The notes beneath the pieces were generated by a model that saw only the letters and a program-made list of their open reading frames with translations, was not told where the DNA came from and ran no database searches. From the NCBI RefSeq assembly GCF_000008465.1, contig NC_006512.1, positions 1,710,001-1,742,000 of the forward strand: a DNA stretch of 32,000 nucleotides, in the 5' to 3' direction. This document shows positions 18,648 to 27,456 of this stretch, in pieces (the stretch's first letter is position 1; the number at the start of each line of letters is the position of its first letter). The translations under genes and the position numbers were made by a program. The DNA comes from Idiomarina loihiensis L2TR (GTDB lineage: Bacteria > Pseudomonadota > Gammaproteobacteria > Enterobacterales > Alteromonadaceae).

Positions 18648-21386
18648 ATGTTTATGTTCTCACTAATAGTAAATGGCCAGGATAAAACCCGACAAATAGC
18701 TGATTGGAAAATATTTAAAGGTTCAGAGGGACAGTTCGTTCTTAAGTGCATCTTTCGCTCTGATAAAGCCTTCTTTCGTTCTCTAGAAGAATGTGAGATC
18801 ACTCCTACTGAAGAAGTCAAAGACAAGCTTCTTATAACAAAGAATGGCTCCAAAGTAAGTACTATCGAGAGTGCGTTAATCTACGCTAATAAATATGCCA
18901 TTGTTCACTACCCTGGCTCATCAGAGCCATATCTAATGAAGATGGACGCTATCGAATTTACTGATACGGCCAACATCAAAAACGGCACCGTCTTTAATTA
19001 TTTTACCTCAGTAACCAATGCTCGAATGAACCTAGCTCCCTCGGGAGAAGAGCGGGATATTGCCGAGAACATAGCTAAGCAACTAGAAAAAATAGAACCT
19101 TATCCAGAAACTGCTCTATTCTCTTATTGCACAGGAAAAAGTCAACAAAGGGCCAAGCCGAACGGTCTAGTATACCCGTTCGGAATTAACTTAAGTCAGC
19201 AACAAGCTGTCCAGCAGGCTTTTTGCTCTCAAGTCAGTATTATTGAGGGGCCGCCTGGTACAGGGAAAACACAAACAATACTAAATATTCTCGCTAATAT
19301 CGCTTTACGAGGGGAAAAGGCAGCCATTCTTTCCAATAACAATCCTGCAGTAGAGAACGTTTACGAAAAGTTAGAAAAAAGTAGTTTAGGTTACTTAGCT
19401 GCCAAATTAGGTAGTGTTCAGAATCGAAAAGACTTCTTCGCAAGTTTACCTATGAAGCCAAAGGAAAAACCTAACCAGGCTAAGCCACTTGAAGATATAA
19501 CAAGCCAAATACAACGACTAGAGCAGCTTCTCAGCGCTCAAAATGAAGCATCTAAGCTACGAAGCCAAATCAGTGAATTAAAAATCGAGCGCAAACGTTT
19601 GTTAGGTTGGCAGGACAAAAGTATTCATAAGCCGATAATGCAACCGAACAAATATAAGCTGTCTCCACAAAAAATAACGGACTTTATCGCTTACCTTACC
19701 GATATTTCTGAAAAGCGCATTACGCTATGGAATCGGCTCGAACTATGGCTACATTTCCGTATTCTCAGAACCAAACTCTTTAATACATGGGAGAAGCGAA
19801 AAAGCGTCATTCATGCGCTTCAGCTTCTTTATTACGACTACGCCTTACAAGAGAAAACAGCAGCATTAAAAACGCAAGAAGAAATACTTGAGCAGAGTAA
19901 CTTTAAGGTTTTGCTCGAAACAGTTACTAATTCCTCAATGGCGTACCTGAAAAGCTCACTATTTGATCAAGTATCATCCCATGAAGACTTTGATTCAGAA
20001 AATTACCGTCAAAATTTTCATCAATTTTTGCAGCGTTTTCCTATAATGGGTAGCAGTACTCATTCGATTATAAACTCTCTCGATCAAGGAACGATCCTAG
20101 ATTTTGCCATCATCGATGAAGCTTCTCAGCAAGATATTATTCCTGGGATACTAGCTTTAGGATGCGCGAGAAACGTGATCATTGTAGGTGACCGAAAACA
20201 GCTTCCACATATTCCTAATCAGACGGGAATACTACCGCCAAGTGACATGTATGACTGTGAAAAACACAGCTTGCTTGAATCTTTTACTCGAGTGTTCAGC
20301 GGATCCATTCCAATAACTTTGCTTAAAGAGCATTATCGGTGTCACCCTAAGATCATTCAGTTCTGTAACCAACAGTTCTATAATAATGAACTCATTCCAA
20401 TGAGGGACGACACCGCTAAAAATCCTCTGGAGCTTATCGTCACAGCTAAAGGCAATCACGCACGAGGTTACTCTAACAAAAGAGAGTTAGAATCACTCAT
20501 TAAAGTTCAGACTGAAAATGAAGGAGCGGGATGGGACGAAAGGAATAGTAAAGGGTTCATAGCACCATACAATGCACAAGTTAACCTATCTCGCTCTCAC
20601 TTACCGACAGACTTTGTTAGAAAGACAACGCATAAATTTCAAGGACGCGAGTGTGATGAGATTGTGTTTTCGACCGTCTTAGATAAAAAGCTAAGCAATC
20701 AAAGTGAACGTAAGATTACGTTCGTCGACAACCCTAACCTTGTCAACGTTGCCGTTTCTCGTGCTAAAGAGAAGTTTACTCTAGTCACTGGCGACAATGT
20801 TTTTACTGCTGGTAACAGCAGTATCGCCGCATTAGTTCGTTATATGGAGTATTACGGTGATCAATCAAGTATATATCACGCGCCTGTTATTTCTTCCTTC
20901 GATTTACTGTATGACGAGTACGATCGGTCACTAGAAAAGCTAAGAACAAAATTAAGACCTGAAGACTCACAGTACAAGTCAGAACAAATCGTTGCTCAAG
21001 AACTGCGTCAGTTGTTATCCGACGAAAAGTATAGAGAGTTTACGTTTCATGCTGAGGTTGCGCTCATCCAGTTAGTCTCTCCCAACTTAGAGGACCTGAC
21101 TCAAGCCGAGCTCACATTCATGAGGAATCTATCGAGATGTGACTTCGTTTTCTATTACAGAGTTGGCAAGCAACCATTAGCTGTTATTGAGGTTGATGGT
21201 GGACACCATAACACTCCGGAGCAAAAGCGCCGAGACGCGCTTAAAAATAGTATTTTAGAGAAAGCTGGACTCCCCCTACTTCGTTTGAATACAGATGAAG
21301 CCCATGTCTCTAGAAATATAAGCTCTTTTCTTGATACTTTAAGGCAAGCCTGTGATAAGCCGAACGATCTCGAACTCACCGGCTAA
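18648..21386 (+). CDS. Upf1/DNA2-like superfamily-1 helicase (AAA_11/AAA_12 type) with a C-terminal DUF2726/Vsr-like PD-(D/E)xK nuclease domain
   Basis: Walker A (IIEGPPGTGKTQT), Walker B (IIDEASQ), motif III (VGDRKQLP), HYRCHP, QGRECDEIVFS and motif VI (VNVAVSRAKEKF). The C-terminus CDFVFYY...LAVIEVDGGHHNTPEQKRRDALKNSILEKAGLPLLRL matches the DUF2726/DUF559 pattern as I recall it. The first ~190 aa have no recognisable domain. Confidence 0.85.
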   Translation: MFMFSLIVNGQDKTRQIADWKIFKGSEGQFVLKCIFRSDKAFFRSLEECEITPTEEVKDKLLITKNGSKVSTIESALIYANKYAIVHYPGSSEPYLMKMDAIEFTDTANIKNGTVFNYFTSVTNARMNLAPSGEERDIAENIAKQLEKIEPYPETALFSYCTGKSQQRAKPNGLVYPFGINLSQQQAVQQAFCSQVSIIEGPPGTGKTQTILNILANIALRGEKAAILSNNNPAVENVYEKLEKSSLGYLAAKLGSVQNRKDFFASLPMKPKEKPNQAKPLEDITSQIQRLEQLLSAQNEASKLRSQISELKIERKRLLGWQDKSIHKPIMQPNKYKLSPQKITDFIAYLTDISEKRITLWNRLELWLHFRILRTKLFNTWEKRKSVIHALQLLYYDYALQEKTAALKTQEEILEQSNFKVLLETVTNSSMAYLKSSLFDQVSSHEDFDSENYRQNFHQFLQRFPIMGSSTHSIINSLDQGTILDFAIIDEASQQDIIPGILALGCARNVIIVGDRKQLPHIPNQTGILPPSDMYDCEKHSLLESFTRVFSGSIPITLLKEHYRCHPKIIQFCNQQFYNNELIPMRDDTAKNPLELIVTAKGNHARGYSNKRELESLIKVQTENEGAGWDERNSKGFIAPYNAQVNLSRSHLPTDFVRKTTHKFQGRECDEIVFSTVLDKKLSNQSERKITFVDNPNLVNVAVSRAKEKFTLVTGDNVFTAGNSSIAALVRYMEYYGDQSSIYHAPVISSFDLLYDEYDRSLEKLRTKLRPEDSQYKSEQIVAQELRQLLSDEKYREFTFHAEVALIQLVSPNLEDLTQAELTFMRNLSRCDFVFYYRVGKQPLAVIEVDGGHHNTPEQKRRDALKNSILEKAGLPLLRLNTDEAHVSRNISSFLDTLRQACDKPNDLELTG

Positions 21387-21430
21387 GTCAGTTAATATCC
21401 ATACTCTATTCTGAATAGCGGACGAAAAGC

Positions 21431-21859
21431 ATGTCTAAAAGTTTAAATCCCGAAAAAGCGCTCATATGGCGGATTATCCACCGAGATAATCTCGAGTGGA
21501 TTCTTCAGCACGGGGTTTACGCTTCAAGCAGTGAATATAAGTCTGATGACTGGGTAAGTATAGGCAGTGAAGAGCTCATTGATAAGCGGTCGAAGAAAGA
21601 GGTCCCAATTGCGCCAGGAGGAATGCTAAGTGATTATGTTCCCTTCTATTTCACTCCTTTTTCGCCGATGCTTTACAACATAAAAACAGGGCGAGGTGGT
21701 GTAGTCCAACGCAACAATGATGAAATCATCATACTCGTTTCAAGTCTGTACGACGTTAATGAGGCTGGTTTAAACTACGTTTATACAGACAGCCATGCAT
21801 ACTCAGCACTAGCTAATTACTACTCCGATCTGAACAGCATTAGAACGATCGACTGGGAC
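21431..21859 (+). pseudogene. darT: darT 5' fragment (DUF4433 ssDNA thymidine ADP-ribosyltransferase toxin, codons 1-143), interrupted by an IS3-family element
   Basis: IWRIIHRDNLEWILQHG, PGGMLSDYVPFYFTPFSPMLY, LVSS and YTDSHAY line up with DarT motifs recalled from Thermus DarT. Genuine sequence ends at ...IDWD. The remaining track-ORF residues are read-through into the IS. Confidence 0.85.
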
Positions 21860-21917
21860 GGGTTCTACCCAGATTTTACGGACACATCCAAAACGAGGCA
21901 TAATATGCCCATAAGGA

Positions 21918-22211
21918 GTGTTCATGACCAAACGAAAAAAGTACAGCCCAGAGTTTAAACGTGAAGCCGTAGCGTTGACAAAACAGCCCGGTGTAAGTTG
22001 TCGCCAGGTGGCTATAGAAATCGGTATTAACCCCAATTTGCTCAGCCGTTGGCGGCGTGAAGCCGAGCCATCCTCTAAAGAAGCTTTCAAAGGCTCAGGT
22101 AACCCCCGCGACGAAGAAATGGCGCGGCTTAAACGCGAGAATGCCCGACTTAAAAAGGAACGGGATTTTTTGCGAGAAGCGGCAACGTTCTTCGCAAAAG
22201 AGTCGTCCTGA
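21918..22211 (+). CDS. IS3-family transposase OrfA (HTH)
   Basis: [18 protein letters not shown]...[27 protein letters not shown] is typical IS3 OrfA with a leucine zipper. The slippery heptamer T_TTT_TTG (22166-22172) is in the correct phase. AAAAAG at 22152-22157 is an alternative slip site. Confidence 0.9.
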   Translation: MFMTKRKKYSPEFKREAVALTKQPGVSCRQVAIEIGINPNLLSRWRREAEPSSKEAFKGSGNPRDEEMARLKRENARLKKERDFLREAATFFAKESS

Positions 22212-22258
22212 GATATCAGGCGATAGAGCGTTGCCGCGATAAATTTCCGATACGCTTA

Positions 22259-23065
22259 ATGTGTCGATGCCTGCAAGTGTCACCCAGCGGATATTACGCC
22301 TGGGCAGTACGACCGGCCAGTGCCCGTGATGTGGAAAATCAGCGCATTCTGACCCGCATTAAGGAGATCCACGAGGACAGTGGTGGTGTCATTGGCGCAC
22401 CACGTATGCATGAAGATCTGTCTATTGAAGGTGAACGACTGAGTCTGAATCGGGTTGCCCGCTTAATGGCCGTCAATGGCGTTCAGGGCTGGCCTCGTAA
22501 GAAAGGACGAGGCCGAAAGCGACAGGCCGCTAGGCCCGAAGGTCTTAAAAATCATCTGGCACGTGACTTCACAGCGGCAGAGCCTGAAACTAAATGGGTC
22601 ACCGATATTACCGAGGTGACAACCACCGAAGGCAAGTTGTTTCTGTGCGTTGTGCTAGACTTGTACAGCAAGCTGATAGTGGGCTGGTCCATGCATCACC
22701 GTCAGGATCGGTACATGGTCATTCGCGCAGTGGAAATGGCCGTCTGGCAACGAACAAGTAGTCAGCCTGTGATTTTACATTCGGATCGCGGCGCTCAATT
22801 TACCAGCGGTGATTATCAGCGTGCTCTCAAATTTAATAACCTGATCAGCAGCATGAGCGCAGTCGGTCATTGCAGCGACAACGCTGCCTGTGAAGGATTT
22901 TTTGGGATACTGAAGCGTGAAAGAGTGAATTACCGCCGCTATCGAACAAGAGATGAAGCACGTTCAGACATCTTTGATTATATTGAACGGTTTCATAATC
23001 CAAGAATGCGTCGTAGACTGGCAAAACAAGATCAGCAGTTTAGTGCGATTTTAAACCGTCCGTAA
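22259..23065 (+). CDS. IS3-family transposase OrfB (DDE integrase core), expressed as an OrfAB fusion by -1 frameshift
   Basis: The frame is -1 relative to orfA and open from 22154 (…[31 protein letters not shown]). DDE region WVTDITEV..., [10 protein letters not shown] and [17 protein letters not shown]. Confidence 0.9.
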   Translation: MCRCLQVSPSGYYAWAVRPASARDVENQRILTRIKEIHEDSGGVIGAPRMHEDLSIEGERLSLNRVARLMAVNGVQGWPRKKGRGRKRQAARPEGLKNHLARDFTAAEPETKWVTDITEVTTTEGKLFLCVVLDLYSKLIVGWSMHHRQDRYMVIRAVEMAVWQRTSSQPVILHSDRGAQFTSGDYQRALKFNNLISSMSAVGHCSDNAACEGFFGILKRERVNYRRYRTRDEARSDIFDYIERFHNPRMRRRLAKQDQQFSAILNRP

Positions 23066-23081
23066 TAACGGGGTAGAACCC

Positions 23082-23297
23082 GACCTCATCCAACGGCGTG
23101 ACTTTAAACGTGACTTCAATGACTTAGGCAAGCTCGATAGATACCAGGCAGAGGCTTTAATCCACCGTCACTTCCCTATTACACTTTTAAAAGGTATTGT
23201 GTGTTATGACGAAAAAGTAAAACAATTTATCGAACAAAAAGTCGGTAACTACGGTCAAAATATAAAAGTCATAAACCGCCCAGATTGGTACTTTTGA
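23082..23297 (+). pseudogene. darT: darT 3' fragment (final 70 codons plus stop)
   Basis: After the duplicated GAC, the frame reads LIQRRDFKRDFNDLGKLDRYQAEALIHRHFPITLLKGIVCYDEK...INRPDWYF*. It contains the QAE(F/A)L catalytic-Glu motif and the terminal P.WY(Y/F). It is in frame with the 5' fragment once the IS and one GAC copy are removed. Confidence 0.85.
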
Positions 23298-24364
23298 TGC
23301 TCAATTATAAGACAGGCAATTTATTAGAATCTGAAGCTGAAGCCCTTGTTAATACCGTAAATACCGTCGGTGTTATGGGTAAAGGGATCGCTTTGATGTT
23401 TAAAGAAAGGTTTCCTGCAAATATGGAAGCCTATTCTCAGGCCTGTAAAGAGAATAAAGTGAAGACAGGCAAAATGTTCGTTACTCACACCAACGAACTG
23501 GTCAACCCTCAATGGATCGTGAACTTTCCGACAAAGCAACATTGGCGTGCCAAATCAAAAATAGAATGGATTGAAGAAGGGTTAAAAGATTTAAGAGCTT
23601 TCATTATTGATAATAACATTCGCTCAATTGCTATCCCTCCTCTAGGAGCAGGCAATGGTGGCTTAGACTGGGATAACGTTCTTCCCCTGATACAAAAGCA
23701 TCTGGGCGATATGACTGACATCGATATTCAAATTTATCAGCCTACGCAGCAGTACCAAAACGTCAGCAAACAATCTGGAGTTGAGCAACTAACAGCTGCT
23801 CGAGCAATGATTGCAGAGCTGATAAGACGTTACTGGGTATTAGGTAATGAATGTACCCTACTTGAGGTGCAAAAGCTTGCATGGTTCCTGCAACGAGCCA
23901 TACAGCAAGAAGGGAAAGAGAGCCCACTTAGACTGACCTTTCAGCCCAGAAATTACGGACCCTATGCCAGTGACTTAACGCACTTATTAAATCGATTAGA
24001 TGGCAGCTATTTACAGTCGGACAAGCGTATTCCCGACGCAAAAGCGACAGATGTGATTGCCTTTAATGATAATAAGCGGGAAACCGTTGCAGCTTTCCTA
24101 CAAGCCGAAGCAACTGAGTTTCAATATGCATTGGACAAAGCGACAGAAATTATTGAAGGGTTCGAATCTCCCTTTGGACTCGAGCTGCTCGCGACAGTTG
24201 ACTGGCTGATGACTGAGGGGAACGTAAATCCAGACGCGGATAGTGTAATAGAAGCATTAACCTATTGGCCTGCTGGTGCTAAATGGGCGCAGCGCAAACT
24301 AAATATGTTTGATAAAAAGGCCATCTCAATTGCTATCACCGCATTAATGAGAAAGCTGCACTAA
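23297..24364 (+). CDS. darG: DarG antitoxin (N-terminal macrodomain ADP-ribosylglycohydrolase plus C-terminal DarT-binding domain)
   Basis: The start is reset to the ATG at 23297, which overlaps the darT stop (TGATG). The macrodomain motifs are [34 protein letters not shown] and [15 protein letters not shown]. Confidence 0.85.
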   Translation: MLNYKTGNLLESEAEALVNTVNTVGVMGKGIALMFKERFPANMEAYSQACKENKVKTGKMFVTHTNELVNPQWIVNFPTKQHWRAKSKIEWIEEGLKDLRAFIIDNNIRSIAIPPLGAGNGGLDWDNVLPLIQKHLGDMTDIDIQIYQPTQQYQNVSKQSGVEQLTAARAMIAELIRRYWVLGNECTLLEVQKLAWFLQRAIQQEGKESPLRLTFQPRNYGPYASDLTHLLNRLDGSYLQSDKRIPDAKATDVIAFNDNKRETVAAFLQAEATEFQYALDKATEIIEGFESPFGLELLATVDWLMTEGNVNPDADSVIEALTYWPAGAKWAQRKLNMFDKKAISIAITALMRKLH

Positions 24365-24555
24365 CAAGCCCAAGTAGCTTGCCCAATCGAACTGGTATTA
24401 CCCTGACTACCCATACTCGATGAGAGTGCGACCCAAACTGTCGCACCATTCCTCCAAACTTGAACCCGTGACATCAATGCTATCCGTGGCATAATGACTG
24501 CAAATGAGCGATAACAATAACGCTTAGTATCAGTTGTACGGGGACGTTAATAACA

Positions 24556-24846
24556 ATGACAACGATTAGCCAGGACAGCATCAACAAAGCACTCTGGAAC
24601 GCTTGTGACACCTTTCGTGGTACAGTCAGTGCCGACACCTATAAAGACTTCATTCTGACCACTCTCTTCCTAAAATACATCTCGGATGTATGGCAGGACC
24701 ATTACGACCAATATGCAGAAGAGTATGGTGATGAGCCACAGTTCATCATTGAAATGATGAAAAACGAGCGCTTCGTGTTACCGCGTGATGCCGAACTAGG
24801 AGAGTGTAAAGGACAGGTTGGATCAGATGGCTGGACGGATTTTTAA
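24556..24846 (+). pseudogene. hsdM: Type I restriction-modification methyltransferase HsdM, N-terminal stub only
   Basis: LWNACDTFRGTVSADTYKDFILTTLFLKYISDVW...NERFVLPRDA is the HsdM_N domain. Recognisable sequence ends near 24790. No N6-methyltransferase catalytic domain, hsdS or hsdR follows. Confidence 0.75.
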
Positions 24847-24883
24847 TGGATAGGCTGAATAAATTTAAATAAGGTGTCGATTA

Positions 24884-25888
24884 ATGGCAAAGATCGGTCG
24901 CAATGAACCCTGCCCCTGCGGCAGCGGTAAAAAATATAAGCGATGTTGCATGAGTGGTGTTGGTAAACAACAAGCTGACTTTGTTGATAGCATCGAGCAG
25001 ATGTTGGCGATGAATCCTGATCTTTCGATGGACGAGCTGAATATTATCGCCGAGCACCAATCCAATAAAATTAATACCACACCTCACAAAGACTTCTGCG
25101 GCCTGGCTCCTGGGCAAGTTAATAACTGGCTTTATGCCCCTTTTCCCGAGTTAGAAGGCATCACGATAAATACGCCATCTGATTTAAGCACCAGTCCGGT
25201 AATGCGTTATTTAAAACTGATGCTGGAGACAGCATTAGCTAACGGTGGGCAGATTAAGGCGACCGCCAAGGGGAATCTCCCGGCGGCGCTAGTGAAAGAA
25301 GCCAGCGCATTTTTACCCGAATTTGCTGTTGCTCCATTCGAGCGGGCCATCAGCATTAGTGAATTTGCAGGCGCCAATGAAGACAAGTTTAACGCACTGC
25401 ATTACTGCCGTGTTCTTGCTAAAATCGCGGGGATTTTTAAGCTAAAAAGTAATAAGTTCCACGTCTCTGCCTGGGCTAAACACCAATACCAGCGAGCTGG
25501 CCTGGAATCGTTTTTCCCCATCATGCTAGAAACAGCCGTTTACAAATACAATTGGGGTTATTTTGACCTTTGGGAAAATGAAATTCCTTTACAGCACTTC
25601 TGGCTATTCATGCTGTGGCGACTTCAGCATCATAAGTCACACGAACGGTTGGTGGATGAGATGATTCAGGCATTTCCTGATTTGCTCAATGAACTCTACG
25701 AGGAAGAATACATGTCGGACAGAGACAAACTTGCCGTTTTGATTGAATCACGCTTTATTCATCGCTTTCTGCAATTCTTTGGATTTGTCATGGTTGACCC
25801 TAGGCGCGTTATTGATGGTAAACGAGTGGCGGCCCAGGTGACCTGTTTACGGTCAATGCACGAGACGTTTAACTTCAGGATTGAATAA
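24884..25888 (+). CDS. SEC-C motif (SecA C-terminal-type zinc-binding) protein of unknown function
   Basis: The N-terminal [18 protein letters not shown] is the SEC-C metal-binding motif. The remaining ~300 aa have no domain I recognise. AAGGTG ribosome-binding site 8 nt upstream. Confidence 0.7.
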   Translation: MAKIGRNEPCPCGSGKKYKRCCMSGVGKQQADFVDSIEQMLAMNPDLSMDELNIIAEHQSNKINTTPHKDFCGLAPGQVNNWLYAPFPELEGITINTPSDLSTSPVMRYLKLMLETALANGGQIKATAKGNLPAALVKEASAFLPEFAVAPFERAISISEFAGANEDKFNALHYCRVLAKIAGIFKLKSNKFHVSAWAKHQYQRAGLESFFPIMLETAVYKYNWGYFDLWENEIPLQHFWLFMLWRLQHHKSHERLVDEMIQAFPDLLNELYEEEYMSDRDKLAVLIESRFIHRFLQFFGFVMVDPRRVIDGKRVAAQVTCLRSMHETFNFRIE

Positions 25889-25991
25889 AATTAGATTGTC
25901 GTTAACCGCCTACTGGTAAAGTAGGTTTGTGATTTGTTGAGATAGTCGATAATCTGAGAACCTTGGTGAGCGTAAGGATCAGAAGCCACAC

Positions 25992-26577
25992 ATGATTGAG
26001 ATAAAAGAAATTATCAGGCCCTTAGAGCAAGGCAGCACTCAGCCCTTTTTATGTGTCGCCGATGATGGCAAAAAATACGTTGTTAAAGGACAACGAGGAG
26101 GCACAAGACTCTCTCGGCGAAGATGATGCGTTTGCTTCCGAATTTATCGATGGTCTTCAAGAAGTCAACTATCAACTAATGATGAACTTTGGACAGGAAG
26201 TAGCTGCAAACTTATTTATATTCGATCTTTGGGTCCGTAACGGCGATCGTACTTTGTCAATGAAGGGCGGCAACCCAAATGTATTCTATCAACCTGCCGA
26301 GCAGCGCTTTTGGGCTTTAGATCATAACTTGGCATTTGATGATAGCTTCGAATTTTACGACTTTACTAAAGATCACCTCGGCAGAGACGCCTGGATACAA
26401 CAGCGGGATTTATTATCGCGACAACTTTATCAAGATCGCGCGAGTAACTGTCTTCGACAGCTTGATGAAATATTCTCGCTGGTACCAGATGAGTGGGATC
26501 TAACAGATGACTTTATGGAACAGATTCGGTTAACATTAGGTCTAATAAACCATGACAACTTCTGGGAGCGGATATAA
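25992..26577 (+). pseudogene. HipA-like kinase (the type that partners DUF3037), frameshifted and probably internally deleted
   Basis: Frame 0 gives MIEIKEIIRPLEQGSTQPFLCVADDGKKYVVKGQRGGTRL and then stops at 26124-26126. The rest (…AFASEFIDG…FDLWVRNGDRT…GNPNVFY…ALDHNLAF…) continues in the +1 frame to 26577. The combined length of about 195 aa is shorter than I expect for the family. Confidence 0.6.
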
Positions 26578-27380
26578 TGAATACGTTATGCATGTATGCC
26601 ACTGTGCGTTTTATGCCGTTCGCTGAAACCCAAGAGTTTGCTAATGTTGGTGTGGTCGTTTGTGCCCCCGATACCGGTAAAATTAAGTTTAAACTTGCAC
26701 GTAAGCGTTTTGGTCGTGTTAATCAATTCTTTGAAGACCTCGATGGCAAGTTGTTCGGCAGCACATTACAACTTTTAGAGGCCGAACTTAATCGCCTAAA
26801 AGAATTCGCCATAGACAAGCCAGGAAAAGCTACCGCTGCGTTATTTCAGGAGCTGACCCGGCACCGAGAAGGCGTGATCTCTTTTGGGGGAGTTAGCACT
26901 GCAGTAGTTAATAACATTGACGATAAGCTCATCGAATTGTACGAGCATTATGTCGAAAGAAGCTTCCTTAGCGAAAAGTATCGCGAGAGCATAATAGAAC
27001 AAAACATTCGTCAACTGTTGAAACGTGAAAATGTAAAAGACTTTAAGGCTCAAGTGCTCGAAACAAAGCTCAGTGAATTCAAGCTGCCATTCGTTAAAAA
27101 AAGTGCTAACAGTACAAAAGTCATTCGGCCTCTTGCGTTTGAACAAAAAACGCCATTAGCAGCCTACGAACATGCAGCTCAGTGGATAGATAGACTCACA
27201 CGCCTACAACATGAACAGATAGTGTTGCCTCACAACATGATGCTGGCAGTAGAAAAGCCAACAGACAAAGGGTTTGAAGAAGCGTACTTTGAAGCCGTTA
27301 ACATCGCTTCTCAAAGAGAGATAATTGTCGCTAACGCCAATGATTCTCCAGAAATTTTGAGTTTTGCTAATAACACGTGA
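26577..27380 (+). CDS. DUF3037 domain protein
   Basis: The N-terminal YATVRFMPFAETQEFANVGVVVCAP matches the DUF3037 signature (Y.v.r..P....EF.NvGvv). The ATG overlaps the upstream stop (TAATG). Confidence 0.7.
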   Translation: MNTLCMYATVRFMPFAETQEFANVGVVVCAPDTGKIKFKLARKRFGRVNQFFEDLDGKLFGSTLQLLEAELNRLKEFAIDKPGKATAALFQELTRHREGVISFGGVSTAVVNNIDDKLIELYEHYVERSFLSEKYRESIIEQNIRQLLKRENVKDFKAQVLETKLSEFKLPFVKKSANSTKVIRPLAFEQKTPLAAYEHAAQWIDRLTRLQHEQIVLPHNMMLAVEKPTDKGFEEAYFEAVNIASQREIIVANANDSPEILSFANNT

Positions 27381-27435
27381 TTCACCCGGTTTACTCTGAC
27401 AAGACAAACTCATTCATGAGCGTTCAAATCAAAAA

Positions 27436-27456
27436 ATAGGGGCTATAAGCCCCTAT
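27436..27456 (-). terminator. Hairpin terminator, canonical on the minus strand, that may also stop the plus-strand DUF3037 transcript
   Basis: ATAGGGGCT-ata-AGCCCCTAT forms a 9-bp stem. The minus strand continues TTTTTTGATTTG. There is no T tract on the plus side. Confidence 0.55.

Larger units (their letters stand above)
21860..23081 (+). mobile_element. IS3-family insertion sequence (1222 bp) inserted in darT, with a 3-bp target duplication GAC
   Basis: The terminal inverted repeats are GGGTTCTACCCagattTTACGGAC (left) and GTCCGTAAtaacgGGGTAGAACC C (right). GAC at 21857-21859 is repeated at 23082-23084. orfA and orfB are arranged for a -1 frameshift. The termini do not begin with the canonical TG. 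Confidence 0.85.

Noticed and set aside
21809-22283. Small ORFs at the darT/IS junction and the orfA/orfB junction (21809-22090 minus, 22057-22242 plus, 22095-22283 minus), and the C-terminal 32 residues of the track's darT ORF.
   Set aside because: They are explained by read-through into the IS3 element or by alternative frames of the transposase genes.
26053-26100. Track ORF start (MSPMMAKNTLLKDNEE...) for the second part of the HipA-like kinase.
   Set aside because: This GTG-initiated N-terminus is an out-of-frame reading of the region that encodes ...VADDGKKYVVKGQ... in the kinase's true N-terminal frame. The locus is better explained as one frameshifted gene.
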